DNA from: Octopus vulgaris
Lineage: Eukaryota
Direction of reading: 5' to 3'
DNA: 64,000 nt
Assembly (NCBI GenBank): GCA_951406725.2
Contig: OX597818.1
Span: forward strand, 101,308,001 to 101,372,000
Numbering within the stretch: the stretch's first letter is position 1; the number at the start of each line of letters is the position of its first letter. The notes beneath the pieces are model-generated. The model was not told where the DNA came from. It worked only from the letters and a program-made list of their open reading frames with translations, and did not search any database. Below, in pieces: positions 56,671 through 64,000 of this stretch. The position numbers and the translations under genes were made by a program.

Positions 56671-58152
56671 ATACAGATGCACACGTCGTCAGTGATTCAA
56701 GGTTATAGATGCAAATGTGAGAAGCAGAACTTAGCGACTTCATTGGTATTTGATATCGTATATTTTCGAGTCTCAGATTTATTCTTCGGTTAGTATAACT
56801 TAACACTATTCAGTACCCGCGAAGTAAAGCTTCTTATCCAACTGCCTTGACAATTTCGGTGCTTTTACTTTTTTTCCGTATCAAATATACGGTTAAAATA
56901 TTTTTCATCCATGTACTTGCACAGTGATAGATCTTCAGGCAATTCCCTACAGCAACACTAACCACATCCATTTCAGGGTTTTTACTAGCTTTACATTAAT
57001 ATGAACCTTATGGAATCAGAAATTTAATTGGTATATTATTCCTAAATCGTGTTCAAGAAAGAATTATATTCAACAAAATGTGTTTTACGCATATCTTATC
57101 GTCCTATCACATTCTCACATTAGTTTCTTTCATTGTTTATTAGCTTGTTTTATTTTGACGACTGTCATAATTTCAAATCACTTATTCAAGTATATCTTCA
57201 GTTAAAATAGGATTAGAATTATGATCGCCTCTTAAATATAACAAATATTTGCATCAGTCATTAATGAACAAAACATAAATAAATGAATAAATAAAAGATA
57301 ACGTTTTGCGATGCTTTTAGAATGATGTTGCATAAAACCAAATTCGTTTCTTGATTTTGACGTTTAGCAATTTGATTAATACCATTGACATGTAATAGAA
57401 AAGATGTTTGGCGTCTCTATAATTAATTGTTTGGATTTTATATGAAAAACAGATAAAACATAAAACATTCTTCACATGAAGAATTAGTTAATGATAATCT
57501 GTGTTGAAACTATAAGTGAAGAATAAGAAACCAAATAAAACATAAAATAAACATATATTAAAGAGAATTGTGTTGATATGCATGGATATAGAATCATATT
57601 TTTTTTGTATTTTTTAATGGCTTTAAGTGGTTATCTATTCTTATTTAAGAGACAATCTTAGGAAAGTATATGTTGAATAAGTAATTACGAAATTTGAATT
57701 TCCTAACATATAAACGGCTTTTACTGCATGCGTAAGTATTCCCTGGATAACACAATTTTGCCTGTTCAGTTCGCTATATTTTATTAAACAAAATGAAAAT
57801 GGAAATGGGTAAACACGTATTTCAATCTAAAATGTGGTTTAGTGATCGGAACGCTACCAATGCGTAGGTTTTATAATCGTGCATAATATATGGATAATGA
57901 GGAAGGCGACATTTCGCCGATCAGAATTAAAAATTCTGCTGAGACTGATTTTGCATTTAGTTCATTTCAGGATCGATAAAATAACGACCAGTCAATTCCA
58001 AGAATCAGTGTAATCGAAAAAATCCCTTCAGTAGAAATTTCAGTAGAAAGGAATATTTGGGAACTGAAGAATACAGTCAAAGTGTTTAGAGAAATAGTCG
58101 GCAAATATATATGACAGTTTAATGAAACTATTATCCAGGCATATGATATGTA

Positions 58153-58569
58153 GGATCTTTTCGGTTTGAACGGCAGTTTTTTTCTAGCGGTGTCATATGA
58201 AATTGTCACTCATAATTATGACCCTCTTATCGAGCTATTGCATTTCAATCTGTTTTAGGGTTAGGGTTAGGGGTTGGGGGAAGGGTATATTTTTTCTTCA
58301 CAAATGTAAATAAACCCAAACTGTTTCTTAAACGAGGGACATATTCATACGGCACATAATGTTTTTTACCTCAATAAACGTCAGTGATTGGTTGAAATTG
58401 CAGAAATTGAAGAAAAAAAGACAACAAATATCTTACAAACTATAGAATTTTCTCAATAAAGCCAAGAGGAAAACATGTTTTATAAACACATTCTACCAGT
58501 ATACGAAGTTTAAGATTTTTTAGTTACCTAGAAATTATGTTAAAACTGCCGTTCAAACCGAAAAGATCC
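58153..58569. mobile_element. MITE / non-autonomous DNA transposon, 417 bp, 28-bp TIRs, 8-bp TSD (Merlin- or hAT-like)
   Basis: TIR ggatcttttcggtttgaacggcagtttt / aaaactgccgttcaaaccgaaaagatcc (perfect); TSD gatatgta / gatttgta; internal (TTAGGG)3. Confidence 0.92.
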
Positions 58570-58857
58570 GATTTGTATATAGTATTCTAGTTAACTTTAA
58601 TTTCCTGAAGTAATATGCAATATAAAGATGAATGCTTGTGTTAATGTTACTAGTTATCTGATGCTAAATTTGTTTTTTTATTAAGGATGTTAAGTTCTTA
58701 GCAACTTATGTTTCGGTTTTGGAGGTTTAGCTCTATTTGCCCCATAATTTGTAAACGTTTTCGAATGCAGTCATTTAGCTTGTTGTAATGTTTTACATAT
58801 ATTTTTCTTCTTTTAATTCACTATTTTGTTCTGGCTTTTCTGTTTCTAAATATATAT

Positions 58858-59069
58858 TTCTTTACTACTCACAAGGACCTAAACACAGAGGGGACAAACA
58901 AGGGGATTAAATCGATTACATCGACCCCAGTGCATAACCGGTACTTTATTTATCGGCCCCGAAATGATGAAAGGCAAAGTCGACCTCGGCGGAATTTGAA
59001 CTCGGAACAGACGAAATACGGCTACGCATTTCGCCCGGCGCGCTAACGTTTCTGCCAGCTCGCCGCCTT
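58858..59069 (-). mobile_element. SINE family B (tRNA-derived), best-preserved copy
   Basis: Minus strand aaggcggcgagcTGGCAGAAACGttagcgcgccgggcg..gaGTTCAAATTccgccgaggtcgactttgcctttcatc..ctggggtcgatgtaatcga. Confidence 0.85.
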
Positions 59070-59397
59070 CCGTTTTTAAATATAATGAAGGGAACGAGTT
59101 TATTAAAACTAGTTTCAGTATTTAAAAAATTTGTTTTATGTAAAAGGGAATGATGGAGACTGATATTGGTCTATGGTTGATGAGATTTTGCTTTCTGTCG
59201 CGTTGTGCGCTTGAAACTTAGATTATTTATTACAAGTTATATGTGGATGTGTGTGTTAGTGTCGTCTTACTAGAAATTGTTGCTTTAAATGACGTCATTT
59301 TATGATTTTAAAAAAATGATTTTATGTTGCAAGCCAACGTTATGAGTGGGGACGTTTTTATTATGAATGTAGGCGTTCATAATCTTTAACATTTGAC

Positions 59398-59454
<57 letters not shown>

Positions 59455-62400
59455 AACGAGGATAAAGCTTTATTAGGTCTCCTCCTGACAATCATTCCTG
59501 TCATAAGTGTGCCTGTGTGTGTGTGTCCGTCTATGCACGTTTTATAAAACGATGGTATGTGAGGTAACTATCGGAACGTCTGTGAATATATTTCCTATCA
59601 ACAACTAATTATGAAATATCGATGTATAATTTCATGTCATCCTTCTCAGAATTGTCCTAGTTGGTAACTCCCGTATTTTTGCATATTCGATTCGGTGGAT
59701 AAGTGAAAACTGTACCAAATTTCTTTGACGTGAATTGGCAATTCCTCAGAAAATCACGTGAATAATTTAGAAATCTAAATGTTATTGGTTGAAAATATAT
59801 TTCTGACACATTATCTACACTTGAGAAAGTAAAATATTCCGTAATAGTTACATGTTGCTTAAGTATAGATCAATATTTTACATATAAATATATATTTCAC
59901 TCTTATACATTAAATGTAAGACATCAGTTGTCATTTTATAGAGATAGAGTGGGAGTACTAAGATTCTAATAGTTAAAATTTGATACGCAAATATTAACGT
60001 ACACACATATGCGCCATGCGCAAACACACATACTTTCACAGAGAGGCACATACATTCATACATATTTTAATAAAATACAATTTACCCACATAATTCGTAC
60101 TTCGTTCCAGTTACCAATGCTTTATCTCTTTATTGCATATACTTAATCGTCATTTCCACTTCTGTTGAAATGCCATGTACATGAATGAAACGAGAGTAGA
60201 ATGACGAATATTATTTGAATGACTTTTAATTAGATTACTTTATGTTTTGTTCACACAACATAATCTTTTTCTGTTTTATGTATTAATCAAAGGGAAAGTT
60301 TATTTTGCTTTCCTAAATATGTAATTAATTTTGTGTGTACTTTAATCAGTACACTACTAAAAGGTTTGTAAATGTGAATTGGTGTAATCTCCTAATCTCT
60401 GTTTCATTATCTACTATATTTTAAGCTTTCATAATTATTCTCCACTGTGCAGTATATCTTTATTCGTATTTTCCTCGTTGGTTTTGCAGTTCGATCACGC
60501 AATTTTTGTTGGCTCGGAAAAACCGTTGTAATTATAATTAGTCTTATTAATTTTCTTTTTTGCAATGAACTGCTATACTTAAAAGTATTTCGAAAATGAA
60601 ATAGGTTTTACAACTACAATTTAAAGCCAACTATGTATGTCCATCAAAGCTGTTAGGGCATGTCACTGCATCACAGTATGGTAAATGCCTGTTCTTCACT
60701 GGAATGAATGCCTTGCTTATACACATTTACAGCTACAAATTATTTGCACGTAATAATCTTAGGCTCTAAGTGAGTAGGTGGACAAGAATAAAAATATCTG
60801 TTGCAACGTATAATCAGTCGAATATTTGCCATATTACAATATTTAGTCACTATAAGAAGAGAAAAGTATTATCTAAATTGTACAGGAAAATATGACGTAT
60901 ACAAATTAGATGGAACATTTTAAAATATGACAATTTTTAGCAACAAACGCAAAGTAATGACAGTGCAAAACATGCTGATCATTGGATCAGTTACACGAAA
61001 TAAAAATCAGTAACTCGAAATAAAAACTCATTACTTAGAATTTATAACGCATTAGAAAACGCCTACCTGGTCTACGCTTGCATTGAATAAATGACAAAGG
61101 AAAAAAAACACTTAGAAATCGTTTACTTAATTACTATGAAAAGGAGTTTGAAGACATTACTAAAATAGTTTGGGTAGTAAAATAAGCGGAGGGAGAAAGA
61201 TACATTGCTTCAAATACAACACAACATATACATATAAAAATGCGACGAACCCCTCTGAGACTATTTTGGTTCCACGCCTGTGTTAATGTGCAACGGAATT
61301 ATGGCGGTTCTATTGCTAGGTCTGTTAATGAAAGAAGAATACAAAAATTTGTATGTTAAGAAAGATATATAGTTGCAATTCTAAATAATTGACAAATAAT
61401 TATGAAAAAATTTACTTAATAGCGTTTGCACAATCGGTGTCAAAATTCCCACTGATGTCTCCGGCCATAAAAGCAATCGCAAATAAAAACGATCATTTTC
61501 AAAATAAATAAAGTGACGTGACTGCATTAGGTGGTCCAGTTAATTGCTTTTTCGTATCTTACCAAGAATATAATTCGACCATTTTTTGTGCATGGTAAGT
61601 CGTTAATTATATATAGTTTCTTTGTGAGTGTAGTCTGAAATTACATCTTTAAGCACTCTAAGTTGCTTTTTTAACACATTTTGTGTCCAACGTATTTCAA
61701 ATGTTCATTTGTCTTTGTACGTATTTCTCTCTTTGACTGCCCATCATAACACTATTGCCGTTATTGTGTTCTTCCCGATATGATTTTCTTTACCCTGTAA
61801 GACCAATAATCATATTAATATGTCGACTAAATCCATGCAGTATTTCCACAGGTTATCTGCACCGTATCGCTTGTTGCGTATCTATTTATGTATAGCAGGT
61901 ATCAGAATTTAGTCAGATTCAAAATGCTGATCTAAAGTTTGAGTGCAACTAATAAAATGGTTTGAAAAATATACCCTCATTGTGGTTATTGCGTGTCCAT
62001 CAGCGGAACCCTGTGTTAGTAACCCTGGACATATTTGACGTATTGTTTAATTGATTCAACCTTTTCTTTTAAGAATCTATACGAACACTCACTAGAAATC
62101 TTTCCTTGGTTTTCACATTTGCTCCTTTCGCCGCCCAGAAACTTAAATTATATATGGTCTCATCAGTTATATAAATTTGCTTTTTCCACATGGTTAGTGG
62201 TGGCGTTTTTGTTAGATTTAACGTGGTGTGTGTTTATTCCTGTAGATTATGTTTCTGCATGTTGTTCTGTTTATTGACTTGGAAGTTTTCGAAATTGAAA
62301 CTTCTTTCAAAACACATTCATATAGTAAACGCTTCCATCACTATCTCCTTAAACATTATAGCGTGCACTTTATTCATACCTGAAATGATCCAACGAAAAA

Positions 62401-63422
62401 TATTGAATTTTCAATGACATGATACCTTGGAAATATTACATTGTTATGTTTTCGGCTGACCTTGTGTAGTCATGGGCTTGCACGTTTATTCTATTTTTGT
62501 GTTTTGAACCAAAACGTTTTCGTAATAATTCATATTATTTCCATACCACTACTCATTATTGTCTCCTTCACTTGTTCTCCTTATAACATTCATTTCTAAT
62601 ATATTTGAAGTGGTTCTTTATAAAAATGTGGTTGTTGGAGTAGAGCTATTTGATATCTTCAAAGAACCTAGGCTACTGAAGTGGATTCTGTTGTTTCCGG
62701 AATCTTTTGATATTTTAGTTTTTGTTATGTTATATTTCTGTAGTATTTCTCTTACATTTTCTGTTAATGATTTCATGAAATATCCATGAGTATTTTCACA
62801 TATTCCGTATTTTTACTTTTTCAACTACCCCTGCTGCTGTTTCTGATATTGTTGCATCTGTATATAAATGATCGAAGGATCACCACTTTATATTGTCTTT
62901 ACAGTGGATTGTGCAAACATATATTCATTGACTCCTGTGGTACATATGAAAAATTGTTTATACGTAGCTTTCTAGCATTCATAAAACAGCTTCTGTGTAG
63001 TAATATGAGTTCGATAAAGACGATTATGCAATGCCTTGCTGGACAAAAATCACGGATGAATAGTTTGTAGTGGTAACATATTCCAGCTTCAAATTGACAT
63101 TGTCTCTACAGACGAACGGTGTGATCGGAGAGCAACGGCAGATGAATAATTTTACCCAAGAGGACAATGAATCGTGTGGTCCAGAAATCGGCTCCAAGAT
63201 CTGGTGATCGTGAAAGCACCAACGTAACCAGTAACATATATTCCTTCATACTTCTATTCATAGCTCCTTTTTATACATTCATCCTATGTGCAAATCGATG
63301 AGAAAAGTTTATTTCATATGCTGTGATTTTTCATCATTTTCGTAGGTTTTGTTTCGACTTGACATGGTTCATTAATATAATAGAATATATTATGAGGAAT
63401 CATTTACGAGTATCTTCACATA

Positions 63423-63569
63423 GGCGCACGAGTGGCTGTGGGGTAAGTTGCTTGCTTACGAACCACATGGTCCCTGGTTCAGTCCCAAATTGGGCAAGTG
63501 TCTTCTTCTATAGCCTCAGGCCAACCAAAACCTTGTGAGTAGATTTGGTAGACGGAAATGTATATATAC

Positions 63570-63620
<51 letters not shown>

Positions 63621-63900
63621 TATATACAAATGTATATATATATATATTTATATATATACATATATATATATATATACATATGTATATATGTATGTATGTG
63701 TGTATATGTTTGTGTGTCTGTTTCCCCCCCCCCAATCATCGCTTGACAACGGATGCTAGTGTGTTTACGTCCCCGTAACTTTGCGGTTCGGTAAAAATGA
63801 CTGATAGAATAAGTACTAGGCTTACAAAGAATCAGCTATGGAGTCTATTTGCTCGACTATAAAAGCGGTACTCCAGTATCGACTGAAGCATGTAAAAGAC
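63423..63900 (+). mobile_element. SINE family A with ~160-bp internal microsatellite
   Basis: ggcgcacgagtggctgtggggtaag..gatttggtagacggaaa, (TA)n, gcttgacaacggatgct..gatagaataagtactaggcttacaaagaat. Confidence 0.85.
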
Positions 63901-64000
63901 TAGTGGTTCGTATTTGATATGAACTTCCTTTTTTAAGCTTCTTATAAAATACGGTGAATAACATATAGTATTTTCTCTGAAAAATTAGGCTAACAGACTG

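Noticed and set aside
58255-58280. Telomere or chromosome-fusion remnant
   Set aside because: Only three TTAGGG units, inside a MITE

Overview
Very AT-rich eukaryotic non-coding DNA, saturated with (TA)n/(TG)n/(GATA)n/(TTA)n microsatellites and transposon remnants. The repeat families resemble those of octopus genomes; this is recognition from memory, not a database result. I cannot support any host protein-coding gene, and almost all listed ORFs are microsatellite artefacts. Real content: (1) three tRNA-derived SINE families, with about 10 copies of a CORE-like SINE that carries an internal (TA)n(TG)n tract; (2) many Helitron pieces, including a 4.2-kb internally deleted RepHel element with both termini (51960-56193), directly preceded by a head-to-head pair of non-autonomous Helitrons that appear to have captured a LINE ORF1 fragment; (3) a 5'-truncated CR1-group LINE and an RTE-type 3' end, both inside TA tracts; (4) a 417-bp MITE with 28-bp TIRs and an 8-bp TSD; (5) several short fold-back elements embedded in TA tracts, some carrying hammerhead-ribozyme cores, most likely Penelope pLTR-derived. 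The best case is a 69-bp-arm palindrome at 35525-35667 made of two back-to-back hammerheads. All alignments and foldings were done by eye, so boundaries of degenerate copies are approximate.
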